From an uncultured Ectothiorhodospiraceae bacterium (GTDB taxonomy: Bacteria; Pseudomonadota; Gammaproteobacteria; HK1), in contig CAYQVB010000021.1 in assembly GCA_964420925.1 (NCBI GenBank), positions 587-64,586 of the forward strand: a stretch of 64,000 nucleotides of DNA, given 5' to 3'. Positions within the stretch are counted from its first letter, which is position 1. Every line of letters starts with the position of its first letter. The notes beneath the pieces were generated by a model. The model worked only from the letters and a program-made list of their open reading frames with translations. It was not told the origin of the DNA and ran no database searches. Positions 46,449 to 54,581 of the stretch are shown here, in pieces. The position numbers and the translations under genes are program-made.

Positions 46449-47642
46449 CTACCCCTTCACGCACACGACCTGCCTGAGCGCGTGCACGACCTCGACCAAG
46501 TCATCCTGATTGGCCATTACGGTTTCGATGTCCTTGTACGCGGCCGGGATCTCGTCGACAACTCCCGCATCCTTCCGGCACTCGACCCCGGCCGTCTGCC
46601 GGACCAGATCGTCCGCGCTGAACGCCTTCTTCGCCTGTGAGCGCGACATCCGGCGTCCCGCGCCGTGGGCGCAGGAGCAGAAGCTCTCCTCGTTGCCCTT
46701 GCCACGCACGATGTAGGACTTCGCCCCCATCGAGCCCGGGATGATCCCGAGCTCGCCGAGGCCGGCACGGATCGCACCTTTCCGAGTGACGTACACATCG
46801 ATGTCGAAGTGGTGCTCGCGGACCACGTAGTTGTGATGGCAGTTGACCGCGTGCTCCGTGACCTCGAATGGCGGGAGGGTGACATGCAGCGCATCGAGAA
46901 CGAGCTCGAGCATCTGAACGCGGTTCTCGGAGGCATAGTCCTGCGCCCAACCGAGCGCCTGGACATAGAGGTCGAAGGACTCCGTGCCCTCGCGCAGGTA
47001 GGCGAGGTTCTTGTCCGGCAGCTTGACGTCGAGCGCGAGCATCTCCTCGCGGGCGAGTGCGATGAAGTGACGACCGATCCGATTTCCGATCCCTCTCGAT
47101 CCCGAGTGGAGCATCACCCACACGCGGTCCAATTCGTCGAGGCAGACCTCGATGAAGTGGTTGCCGCCTCCGAGCGTGCCGAGCTGGCGTTGCCACCCGT
47201 CCCGGGTTTTCATCATCGTGGCAAGGGCCGACACCCGGTCGACGAGGGCATCGTAGCCCTTCTTCAGACGCTCGACCCCGCTCGTTCGTACATCGCGTTC
47301 GTCGTGCATGTGGAAGCCGACCGGCACCCGCGCTTCGATCTCCGATCGAAGGGTGCTGAGCGAATCCGGTAACGCGATTGCGTCGATCGAGAGCCGGGCG
47401 GCGATCATCCCGCAGCCGATATCCACTCCGACCGCAGCCGGAACGATCGCGTCGCGAGTCGGAATCACCGAGCCAACGCTCGCCCCGATTCCGGGGTGTA
47501 CATCCGGCATTGCCGCCACATACGGGTACACGAAGGGCAAGTGCGCGACGTGTTCGAGCTGCTGCACGGCATTATGTGTGACATCCTCGGTCCAGATGCG
47601 CACCGGCACCGGGGTGTGCTCGATGGTCCGCTTGACGGTCAT
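46449..47642 (-). CDS. rtcB: RNA 3'-phosphate/5'-OH ligase RtcB
   Basis: 'DVHPGIGASVGSVIPT', 'GVDIGCGM', 'GGGNHFIE', 'HSGSRGIGN', 'NCHHNY' and 'SCAHGAGR' are all present. ATG 47642 gives 397 aa. The track extension to 47855 was rejected. Confidence 0.9.
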   Translation of the reverse strand: MTVKRTIEHTPVPVRIWTEDVTHNAVQQLEHVAHLPFVYPYVAAMPDVHPGIGASVGSVIPTRDAIVPAAVGVDIGCGMIAARLSIDAIALPDSLSTLRSEIEARVPVGFHMHDERDVRTSGVERLKKGYDALVDRVSALATMMKTRDGWQRQLGTLGGGNHFIEVCLDELDRVWVMLHSGSRGIGNRIGRHFIALAREEMLALDVKLPDKNLAYLREGTESFDLYVQALGWAQDYASENRVQMLELVLDALHVTLPPFEVTEHAVNCHHNYVVREHHFDIDVYVTRKGAIRAGLGELGIIPGSMGAKSYIVRGKGNEESFCSCAHGAGRRMSRSQAKKAFSADDLVRQTAGVECRKDAGVVDEIPAAYKDIETVMANQDDLVEVVHALRQVVCVKG

Positions 47643-47854
47643 CGCTTCATATCCTCTCGTCTTCGGCTCTCGACGATACCCGGACAGCTTCGATCGCCAG
47701 CGAAATGCGCAAAACCAACGAGGTATGGGAAGTACCATATGGGCCGGAATCCGGAAAGCCCGGTCCCGGCTGCGCCGGCCCGGAGTGCCTTTCCCGAGAC
47801 GGGCGGGGGATCCGTTCCCCGCTCCGTCCCGGGAAGGCTTGGCGTGCCGCTGCA

Positions 47855-49009
47855 TCAGTCGGCCTTGATCCCGATGCGCACGGTGTCGTGGAGGACGCCG
47901 TCCAAACCGCCGAAGACGGTCAGACGCTCGACCTTGTCCGCCACCTTCTCTAGCGCCTCCAGCTCCTTGAGGCGCATGAGGGTCGGGTTCTCGTCCATGA
48001 GCCGGGCCGTGTTGAGCAGCGAACGGGTCGCCGCCGTCTCTTCACGGCGCTTGATGACGTTGGCCTGCGCGACCTTCTCCGCCTCGACGACCTGGTTGAA
48101 GAGCTCGCGCATGTCGCCGGGGAGGATCAGGTCCTTGACACCCACCCCCGTCACCTCGATTCCGTGCACCGCGACCTTCTCGCACACGTAGTCGAGAACC
48201 GACCGGTCGAGTTGTCCCTTGTTCTCGAGCAGCGCGTCCAGGGTGCGGGTACCGACCGCCTGCCGGAGACCGAACTGGAGCTCTCGGTAGAGGTAGTCGG
48301 TGAAGCGATCCAAAGTGCTCCGCGCCTTCACCGGATCCGAGACCCGGTACGACGCGGTCATGTTCACTCGAATCGTCACCTTGTCCCGGGTCAGGATCTC
48401 CTGGCCCTGGACCTCCATCGGCTGCAGGCGTTGGTCGATCTGCTCGACCTTTACGGTCCGGTTGAAGGTCCAGTACGCGTACCGCCCCGGATCGAGCGTG
48501 CGCACGAGCCGGCCGTCCACCAGCAACAGGCCGAGGTGGCGGTCGGCAACCTCGGCCACGTACACGTAGCGATAGCGTAGCTTGGCGAGCGCCGACTCCT
48601 CGCGGGGCCGCGCGAGCAACGACAGCACCGGCTCCGAGACTTCCGGATCGGCGTCGAGGTCGATCGGATCGACACGCACCTCAGCCGCGTCCTTCCAGTA
48701 GTACCGGCGCGAGCCCGGCGGCAACACATCGGTGAGAACACCGTCTACGTAGACCAGTCCCGCCTCGTCGTCGCCGAGACGCACGATGATGAAATGGTCC
48801 TCGAGGAGCGCCGGCACCGAGCGGGCCAGCACGTCCAGGTGCGGGTGCTGGAACTCAACCCGCGAAATGTCGTGGATCTCGACCTCCACTCGACGGTGCG
48901 GATCGGCGATCCGGAGTACCCCCGGTGCGAGCACGGCCTGAAGCAATCGGTCCCGAAAGAGCAGGCCCCGCTCGTGCCGGGCAATAACGATACGTTTGTA
49001 GGGATACAT
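47855..49009 (-). CDS. SPFH/band-7 (slipin-like) domain protein with an extra N-terminal domain
   Basis: 'EILTRDKVTIRVNMTASYRVSDP', 'GIEVTGVGVKDLILPGDM' and 'AEKVAQANVIKRREETAATRSL' are typical SPFH and coiled-coil segments. Confidence 0.85.
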   Translation of the reverse strand: MYPYKRIVIARHERGLLFRDRLLQAVLAPGVLRIADPHRRVEVEIHDISRVEFQHPHLDVLARSVPALLEDHFIIVRLGDDEAGLVYVDGVLTDVLPPGSRRYYWKDAAEVRVDPIDLDADPEVSEPVLSLLARPREESALAKLRYRYVYVAEVADRHLGLLLVDGRLVRTLDPGRYAYWTFNRTVKVEQIDQRLQPMEVQGQEILTRDKVTIRVNMTASYRVSDPVKARSTLDRFTDYLYRELQFGLRQAVGTRTLDALLENKGQLDRSVLDYVCEKVAVHGIEVTGVGVKDLILPGDMRELFNQVVEAEKVAQANVIKRREETAATRSLLNTARLMDENPTLMRLKELEALEKVADKVERLTVFGGLDGVLHDTVRIGIKAD

Positions 49010-49412
49010 CGCTTTGCCCTCCTGAGCGAAATGGTTGATGGATGGTTCTCATGGCCTTCCTCTTCACCGGTACTCGCGCGAGCGAGACGCCACCGACCGG
49101 CATGGTCAGGTTCCAGACACGGCTTCACTTCTCCTCTGTTGCGAAAATGCTCGATTCATGGGATTCACTGGCAAATGCAGGATATGGGTGGAGGCGGCCC
49201 ACGACGGTGGGCGGGCGCCGCGGGTGCACCATTGCGAGACCGCCGGCCGGTCGATCGCGGTCCATTCCATCGGAAGACAGGACCTCCCGGTCCGATCCGC
49301 GACCGCCGTAGCGGCGGCTTGGCGACAGCGCGGCACATCGGCGCTCAAGGTCGCATCCGGCGCTGTGCTCGCATGACTGGGCGTCACGCGCGCACCGGAC
49401 CGCCTCCAGGGA

Positions 49413-49495
49413 TGGTGCTGACGTGCACCAGGACGGCGGATTCGAACCGCAAGGCTTTGCAGGCCTCTTTCCAGCGAGCGGATTTTCAGTCCGCC
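49413..49495 (-). other. tRNA-derived fragment (anticodon-arm-like hairpin, long irregular variable region, T-arm, no matching 5' acceptor strand)
   Basis: Minus strand reads GGCGGACTGAAAATCCGC..GAGGCCTGCAAAGCCTT-GCGGTTCGAATCCGC-CGTCCTGG, then the hairpin TGGTGC-ACGTCA-GCACCA. There is no CCAGGAC partner nearby. Confidence 0.4.
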
Positions 49496-49498
49496 GAG

Positions 49499-49572
49499 TT
49501 CCGAAGGAGGGAATCGAACCCTCGACCGCGTGATTATGAGTCACGTGCTCTGTCCAACTGAGCTACTTCGCT
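49499..49572 (-). tRNA. tRNA-Met(CAT)-like gene with two mismatched terminal acceptor pairs and no encoded CCA (possibly defective)
   Basis: Minus strand reads AGCGAAG-TA-GCTC-AGTTGGACA-GAGC-A-CGTGA-CTCATAA-TCACG-CGGTC-GAGGG-TTCGATT-CCCTC-CTTCGGA-A. The D, anticodon and T arms are canonical. Pairs 1-72 (A/A) and 2-71 (G/G) do not pair. Confidence 0.6.
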
Positions 49573-49901
49573 GGCATAACGAGCCGCCGACACCGAATGG
49601 CACACGCCGTGCGATGCTGAGCCTGAGCGCGCCGGACCGGTGTGCAGAACCGGAACCGCTATTCGAACCGCGATCTCGTTACTCGGTGGACGAGCGCCGC
49701 AGTGGCGGCCGTCCTTATTCGTTCGGCACGTCGTGGACGCGCCGTTGCAGACCCGGCGGCACCGGACGGGGCGGTGCGGGCCATCCGGTACGCGGTACCG
49801 TGGGCAGGGGCCTGCATCCGCTCCGGCGCCGCCGGGCGATCGAAGATGTCCGAGCTGTCAAAGAGCATTCCGGGTGCTTGGGCATCCGGCTTCGGGGCAA
49901 C

Positions 49902-49941
49902 AAAAACCCCGGTCAAGCCACGTGCCTGCCGGGGTTCTTTG
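49902..49941 (-). terminator. Rho-independent terminator (potentially bidirectional)
   Basis: Stem CCCCGG (49907-49912) pairs with CCGGGG (49929-49934). On the minus strand it is followed by TTTTTGTTG, and on the plus strand by TTCTTTG. Confidence 0.5.
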
Positions 49942-50280
49942 TCCGGGAGACAGGTGGCGGATGTTTCTTCCGCGGGTCTCCCGGCCGATGTTCGGGAGAC
50001 CTACCTCATGATCACACCGCTAATGCGCTGCACGGCGCAGAGCGGACGCGATCCGCGCTCGTCGAGCGCAGGCATCGGCACTGCCCGGCGACGCGGCCGG
50101 CGTGTTCCGTTCCGTGATATCAGCAGTGTTTTCGACAAGTTCGTACTCTCGCTCACGGCGCGCAACATCGCGCCTCCTCGAAAGGGCGGCGCCCTCTATG
50201 TGTCATCCATGAAGTTGTCAAGCGAGTATTTCAGTGACTCGAGAATGCGGCACACCTCCCGCCCCGATAGAACCCGCAGC

Positions 50281-50502
50281 CTAGCCAACCGCCACCTCGA
50301 CATGGGTGACGTAGAACTCGCTCCGGGTCCGCCGCTCGACCTCTTCCGCTGGCGCCATCTCAAAGAACAGCGTCAACGCCTCCTCGAGGTTGTCGCGCGC
50401 CTCGACCACGCTGTCCCCCTGGCTGGCGATATCCAGCTCAGGACAAAGCGCGACATAGCCCTCGCCATCGCGCTCGACAATCGCCGTCAGCCGCCTGTTC
50501 AT
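50281..50502 (-). CDS. hicB: HicB-family (UPF0150) antitoxin
   Basis: 'MNRRLTAIVERDGEGYVALCPELDIASQGDSVVEARDNLEEALTLFFE' is the typical HicB N-terminal fold pattern. 73 aa. Confidence 0.7.
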   Translation of the reverse strand: MNRRLTAIVERDGEGYVALCPELDIASQGDSVVEARDNLEEALTLFFEMAPAEEVERRTRSEFYVTHVEVAVG

Positions 50503-50753
50503 GTCCGCTCTGCTTCCCGGTTCCGGCAGCCTGCCGGGGATCGCAGCACTCTGGCATCGCTCTTCGCCGGCGGCAATGGTGCCGGTACCCCTGTGGGAAC
50601 CCTCGCCATACAGATATCCAATCCGGAGGATGCCTCGGATGATCTCGGGCTCGGCGGAAACAGCTACCGCCTCATGTCCGTGACGGCCTCGTACTCTGTC
50701 GCGCCATCCGCTTTGCCGGTGAAAAGAGCCGGTTTCCATACTGGCAATAGAGA

Positions 50754-51107
50754 TCAAGCATCCACGAGAATCTCGAACCCACCGAAGATCATGCGCTTGC
50801 CGTCGAAGGGCATCGGGTTCGCGTCCGGTTGGAGACGGGGATCGGCCAGGATCTTCGGCACCGCCTCGTCGCGAACTTCGCGTGACGGCCAGAGGATCCA
50901 CGAGAAGCAGACGGTCTCGTCTTCCCGGCATTGGACGGCCATGGGAAACGATGTCACCTCGCCGTCGGGCACGTCGTCGCCCCAGCATTCCACCACCGAG
51001 AGCGCGCCGAGCTCCTTGAACACCTCGGCCGCCGCCGCGGCATGCTGTCGATAGGCATCCTTGTTGGCGGTTGGCACCGCCGCGACAATTCCGTCCACGT
51101 ACGGCAT
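50754..51107 (-). CDS. DUF1428 family protein
   Basis: ATG 51107 follows AGGAG. 'MPYVDGIVAAVPTANKDAYRQHA..VVECWGDDVPDGEVTSF..ETVCFSWILWPS..MPFDGKRMIFGGFE' matches the DUF1428 pattern. Confidence 0.8.
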   Translation of the reverse strand: MPYVDGIVAAVPTANKDAYRQHAAAAAEVFKELGALSVVECWGDDVPDGEVTSFPMAVQCREDETVCFSWILWPSREVRDEAVPKILADPRLQPDANPMPFDGKRMIFGGFEILVDA

Positions 51108-51189
51108 CGCCTGCTCCTGACAACTCGGGCTCAAGACTCCAGAATGCCTGAATTCCCGCTCCCCGGGGAGACGCCATGACCTGCGGCCT

Positions 51190-51456
51190 TTCGTGGATTC
51201 CCATGTACACGCGGTCGTGTTCGGATGAGCTGGCCACGGTCAGGGAACCTGCCCCCGCTGTCACGCAAGGAACTCAAAGAGTGGATTCCCGCTTCCGCGG
51301 GAATGACGGAGAAGCCGAAGCACGCCACTCATCGTCATACCCGCGGAAGCCTGCCATGGCCAGAGGATCTGTCCCCGCTGTTGCGAAGGGAACATCGGGG
51401 GAGTACACGCCTTCGAGTCGCCTGTTCCCGTCATTCCCGCGGAAGCGGGAATCCAC
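51190..51456. repeat. Cluster of at least three nested/partial REP/MITE-like copies
   Basis: Heads at 51192 (decayed), 51281-51310 (+) and 51428-51456 (-). A full reverse head+tail copy spans 51342-51456. A partial reverse tail lies at about 51226-51275. Confidence 0.7.
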
Positions 51457-51574
51457 CCGAGCCGAGATGGCGGGGAGTTTTCCACCCAAGCAGGAATCCA
51501 CTCGATTGACTGATCGCGGATGCATAAGCCGGCGATTGACGGGAAGCAGAATCCGTGTCGCCCGCGGAGTCGTA

Positions 51575-52567
51575 ATGGCGTGGCTCGGCCTCTTCGCGGT
51601 CGGTTCGCTCGCGCTCGCGGCCGAACCTTCGGTATCCGAGCTCGAGTCTCCGCCTGGGGTCATGGTGGAGATAGGCAGCCACCGACTTCATGTCCACTGC
51701 ACGGGCGAGGGATCGCCTGTCGTGATCTTCGAATCGGGGCTCGGCGGCACTTCGCTCGACTGGAGCAGAGTGCAGCCCGCGGTCTCCGAGTTCACTCGGG
51801 CCTGCAGCTACGACCGGGCGGGCTACGGCTGGAGCGATCCCGGCCCGCGCCCTCGCCATGCGGTTCGGCTCGCGGCAGAGCTCGACCGGCTTCTCCTCTC
51901 CGCGGGAGTTCCGCCCCCTTACGTGCTGGTCGGCCACTCCTTCGGCGGACTCACCGTTCGCATCCTTGCCGCACGGCGGGAGCAGACGGTGGCCGGGCTG
52001 GTGCTGGTCGATACGGTGCACGAGCGTCAGTTCCAGCACATGAAGGCGGTGGGTGTGCACACTCCGACCGCGCCCACCGGCCGCAGATTCGTGATCACCA
52101 ACCCCGGAATCGTGCCGGAGGGACTGCCGGAATCCGTGAAACCCCTGGCGCAGCGCCTTGCCGCGATGCCCAAGGCGGTGCGGGCCCTCTACGGCGAGCT
52201 CGAGTGGATGCGCACGAGCGCGCGTCAGGTGGGATCGATTCGCCGCGTTCCCGACGCTCCGGTCATCGTGCTCTCGCGAGGGCCGCGCCCCGGCGACACT
52301 TCCTTGGAAACGGCTCGCCTAGACGGAGCCTGGCTCGACCTCCAGCATCGTCTTGCGGGCTCTATGAGCAACAGCGCGATCCAGGTGGTCGATGACAGTG
52401 GTCACCACATCCACCTGGATCGCCCGGAACAGGTCGTCGCCGCGATCCGTGCGCTGGTCGAGGCGGTTCGCACCGAGCCAGCCCTGGACTCTTCTCGAGT
52501 CGCTGCGAGTCGGGAGGGGGAATCCACCCCTGACCCGTGGCCTGGATCGCTTCGAGAGAGTCGCTGA
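51575..52567 (+). CDS. Secreted alpha/beta-fold hydrolase
   Basis: Signal peptide 'MAWLGLFAVGSLALAA', oxyanion-region 'VVIFESGLGG' and nucleophile elbow 'LVGHSFGG'. The track extension to 51176 crosses repeat elements. Confidence 0.8.
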   Translation: MAWLGLFAVGSLALAAEPSVSELESPPGVMVEIGSHRLHVHCTGEGSPVVIFESGLGGTSLDWSRVQPAVSEFTRACSYDRAGYGWSDPGPRPRHAVRLAAELDRLLLSAGVPPPYVLVGHSFGGLTVRILAARREQTVAGLVLVDTVHERQFQHMKAVGVHTPTAPTGRRFVITNPGIVPEGLPESVKPLAQRLAAMPKAVRALYGELEWMRTSARQVGSIRRVPDAPVIVLSRGPRPGDTSLETARLDGAWLDLQHRLAGSMSNSAIQVVDDSGHHIHLDRPEQVVAAIRALVEAVRTEPALDSSRVAASREGESTPDPWPGSLRESR

Positions 52568-52665
52568 TTCGCGATTTGGAAGGCGACTTGGCGAAGTCGC
52601 AAGCGGCGGGGTATGTTCACGAGCAGGGCTCCACCATCACGCGACCGGAAACCGAGGCATCTCTC

Positions 52666-53568
52666 ATGGCGAAGCTCAAGATAAACGGCGTATCCATCCA
52701 GGACGACTACTCCGAGACCTTCAGCGGACGGCTGGCACGCGTGCTCGTCACCAGCGTCAACCGGCGCTGGGCGCTGGAAGCAGCCATGGAGACCAAGGGG
52801 CTCGGCCGCTCCGCCACCGCCCCGCCCTGCGAAGCGACCCTGGAGCGCGAGGTGCCGCCGGAGGAGACTCCCGACGGGCGCCCCGGATTCATCATTCAGA
52901 TGATGGACCGGAAGCTCGAGCACCTCGCCAGGTGCCTGGTGCTCCGAATCCGCAAGGGCGCGCTGCCCAACCCCAAGACCAGCGTGTTCGATGCGCTTCC
53001 CCCGGAGCTTGCCGAGGAGTCGATCGACATGGAGGGCACCATCATCCAGCGCTTCGGGGACGGCTACGAAGAGGCGGACACCGTCTTCGGGCGCGAGGTG
53101 TTTCGGGTGCCGAAGATGGATGGCGCCTTTCACGTCGAACGGCGCTTCGGAGTGGTGCGCGAAGCGGTCACCGGAGGCATGTTCCTCATCCTCGCGACGG
53201 ACGACGAAAGGGCTCTGCAAGCGGCGGAGGCGGCGCTGGAAGCGGTGTCGAAGGTCCCCCTGGCCGTAGTCAAGAATGCGGCCAGCGGGTCGAAGGTCGG
53301 CGCCCGCAACTACGAGGACATGGTGGCGACCACCAATCACCACTACTGCCCGATGCTGGCCGGGGACTCGGAGAGCGCACTGCCGGACTCGGTACGCTGC
53401 GTCTACGAGATCATCGTCAGCGCACCCCGCCTCGACGAAGTACGCGAGGGAATGCGGGTCGGCATCGAAGCGGCCACCTCGGTCGACGGCGTGGTGGAGA
53501 TCCACACCGCCAACTACGGCGGCAAGCTGGGCAAGGGCAAGATCCACCTGCACAGCCTCTTCGGATAG
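52666..53568 (+). CDS. fhcD: Formylmethanofuran--tetrahydromethanopterin N-formyltransferase (Ftr/FhcD)
   Basis: 'MAKLKINGVSIQDDYSETFSGRLARVLVTS', 'TANYGGKLGKGKIHLHSLF', and a 300 aa length match the Ftr family. Confidence 0.9.
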   Translation: MAKLKINGVSIQDDYSETFSGRLARVLVTSVNRRWALEAAMETKGLGRSATAPPCEATLEREVPPEETPDGRPGFIIQMMDRKLEHLARCLVLRIRKGALPNPKTSVFDALPPELAEESIDMEGTIIQRFGDGYEEADTVFGREVFRVPKMDGAFHVERRFGVVREAVTGGMFLILATDDERALQAAEAALEAVSKVPLAVVKNAASGSKVGARNYEDMVATTNHHYCPMLAGDSESALPDSVRCVYEIIVSAPRLDEVREGMRVGIEAATSVDGVVEIHTANYGGKLGKGKIHLHSLFG

Positions 53569-53587
53569 GCGCCCGCGCGGATTCCGC

Positions 53588-54565
53588 ATGTCGCGCCGTG
53601 CCGAGCACCGCGTCTGCATTCAGGCACCGGCCCGGCTGCACATGGGATTCGTCGATCTGCACGGCGGCCTGGGCCGCCGCTACGGCAGTCTCGGTCTCGC
53701 GCTGGAACGTCCTTTCACTCGCTTGCGTCTCACGAGCGCCGCGAGGACGAGCGCGGAGGGACCGGACGCAGCGCGCGCGACCCGCTACGCGAAGATGCTT
53801 GCGCAACACTTCAACCTGTCGTCGGGCGTCCGCATCGACATTCAGGAGGCGATTCCTCCGCATGCCGGGCTCGGTTCCGGAACGCAGCTCGCGCTCAGCG
53901 TCGGCATCGGCATGGCGAGGCTCTTCGATCTCGATGCGGGCAGTCTCGAGATCGCGACCGTGCTCGGCCGGGGTGCGCGATCCGGCCTGGGTCTCGGGCT
54001 CTTCGAGCAGGGCGGCTTCGTGGTCGACGGCGGCAGTGCCGGCGGATACGCACCTCCTCCCATCATTGCTCGCCTGCCCTTCCCCCCCGAGTGGCGCCTG
54101 GTGCTCGTTTTCGATCGCACCCGGGAGGGCGTGCACGGAGAGGCGGAGCGGGAAGCCTTTGCCGCGCTTCCCCCCTTTCCCGAGGCCGATGCCGCCGAAC
54201 TCTGCCGGCTGGTGCTGATGCAGGTGCTGCCCGGCCTCGTGGAAGACGACCTCGGTGCGGTGGGCCCCGCATTGACCCGGATCCAGGCGCAGGTAGGGGA
54301 TCACTTCGCAGCCGCGCAGGGTGGCCGCTTCGCAAGCCCCGGCGTGACCCGCGTTCTCGAGTGGCTGAGTGCGTGCGGCATAGAGGGATTCGGTCAGAGC
54401 TCCTGGGGGCCGACCGGATTCGCCCTCTGTCCCGACGAGGAGACGGCGAAGCGGCTCGTGGCGGAGGCGAGACGCCGTTTCTCCGACGAGATCGCGTTAG
54501 ACTTCGTCGTGACCCGCGGGCGCAATGAAGGTGCCGGCATCAGGAGCGATTCCCTCGTCCACTGA
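53588..54565 (+). CDS. mptG: Beta-ribofuranosylaminobenzene 5'-phosphate synthase (GHMP-kinase fold; H4MPT biosynthesis)
   Basis: 'IQAPARLHMGFVDLHGGLGRRYGSLGLAL' and the GHMP motif 'IPPHAGLGSGTQLALS'. Confidence 0.8.
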   Translation: MSRRAEHRVCIQAPARLHMGFVDLHGGLGRRYGSLGLALERPFTRLRLTSAARTSAEGPDAARATRYAKMLAQHFNLSSGVRIDIQEAIPPHAGLGSGTQLALSVGIGMARLFDLDAGSLEIATVLGRGARSGLGLGLFEQGGFVVDGGSAGGYAPPPIIARLPFPPEWRLVLVFDRTREGVHGEAEREAFAALPPFPEADAAELCRLVLMQVLPGLVEDDLGAVGPALTRIQAQVGDHFAAAQGGRFASPGVTRVLEWLSACGIEGFGQSSWGPTGFALCPDEETAKRLVAEARRRFSDEIALDFVVTRGRNEGAGIRSDSLVH

Positions 54566-54581
54566 CGCACCGGAGCGAGCC

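Larger units (their letters stand above)
36930..49505. mobile_element. Putative genomic island (defence + RNA-repair cargo) bounded by an imperfect direct repeat; no integrase seen
   Basis: GTCCGACCGAGTTCCGGA (36930-36947) versus GTCCG-CCGAGTTCCGAA (49489-49505). The right copy overlaps the 3' end of a tRNA-Met-like gene. The Mod, Res and COG1373 genes look visibly less GC-rich than their surroundings. Confidence 0.35.

Noticed and set aside
47840-47854. Sigma54-like 'TGGCGTGCCGCTGCA' near rtcB, since rtcBA is sigma54/RtcR-dependent in E. coli.
   Set aside because: It lies on the wrong strand for rtcB, and the GG-GC spacing is one nt short of consensus. It also sits at the 3' end of the SPFH gene rather than in the rtcB leader, and no rtcR is present.
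36957-49009. Integrase, transposase or phage structural genes that would make the island an obvious mobile element or prophage.
   Set aside because: I found none in any frame by motif inspection. The island call therefore rests only on the direct repeat, the tRNA junction and composition, and is kept at low confidence.
49642-51054. 470-aa plus-strand ORF covering the hicB and DUF1428 region.
   Set aside because: It is antisense to two genes with clear family patterns and has no motifs. It is a GC-bias artefact.
51190-51456. Possible CRISPR array, because of closely spaced repeats.
   Set aside because: The repeats are in mixed orientation and irregularly spaced. They are internally palindromic with shared tails, and no cas genes are present. 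This is REP/MITE-like behaviour, not CRISPR.
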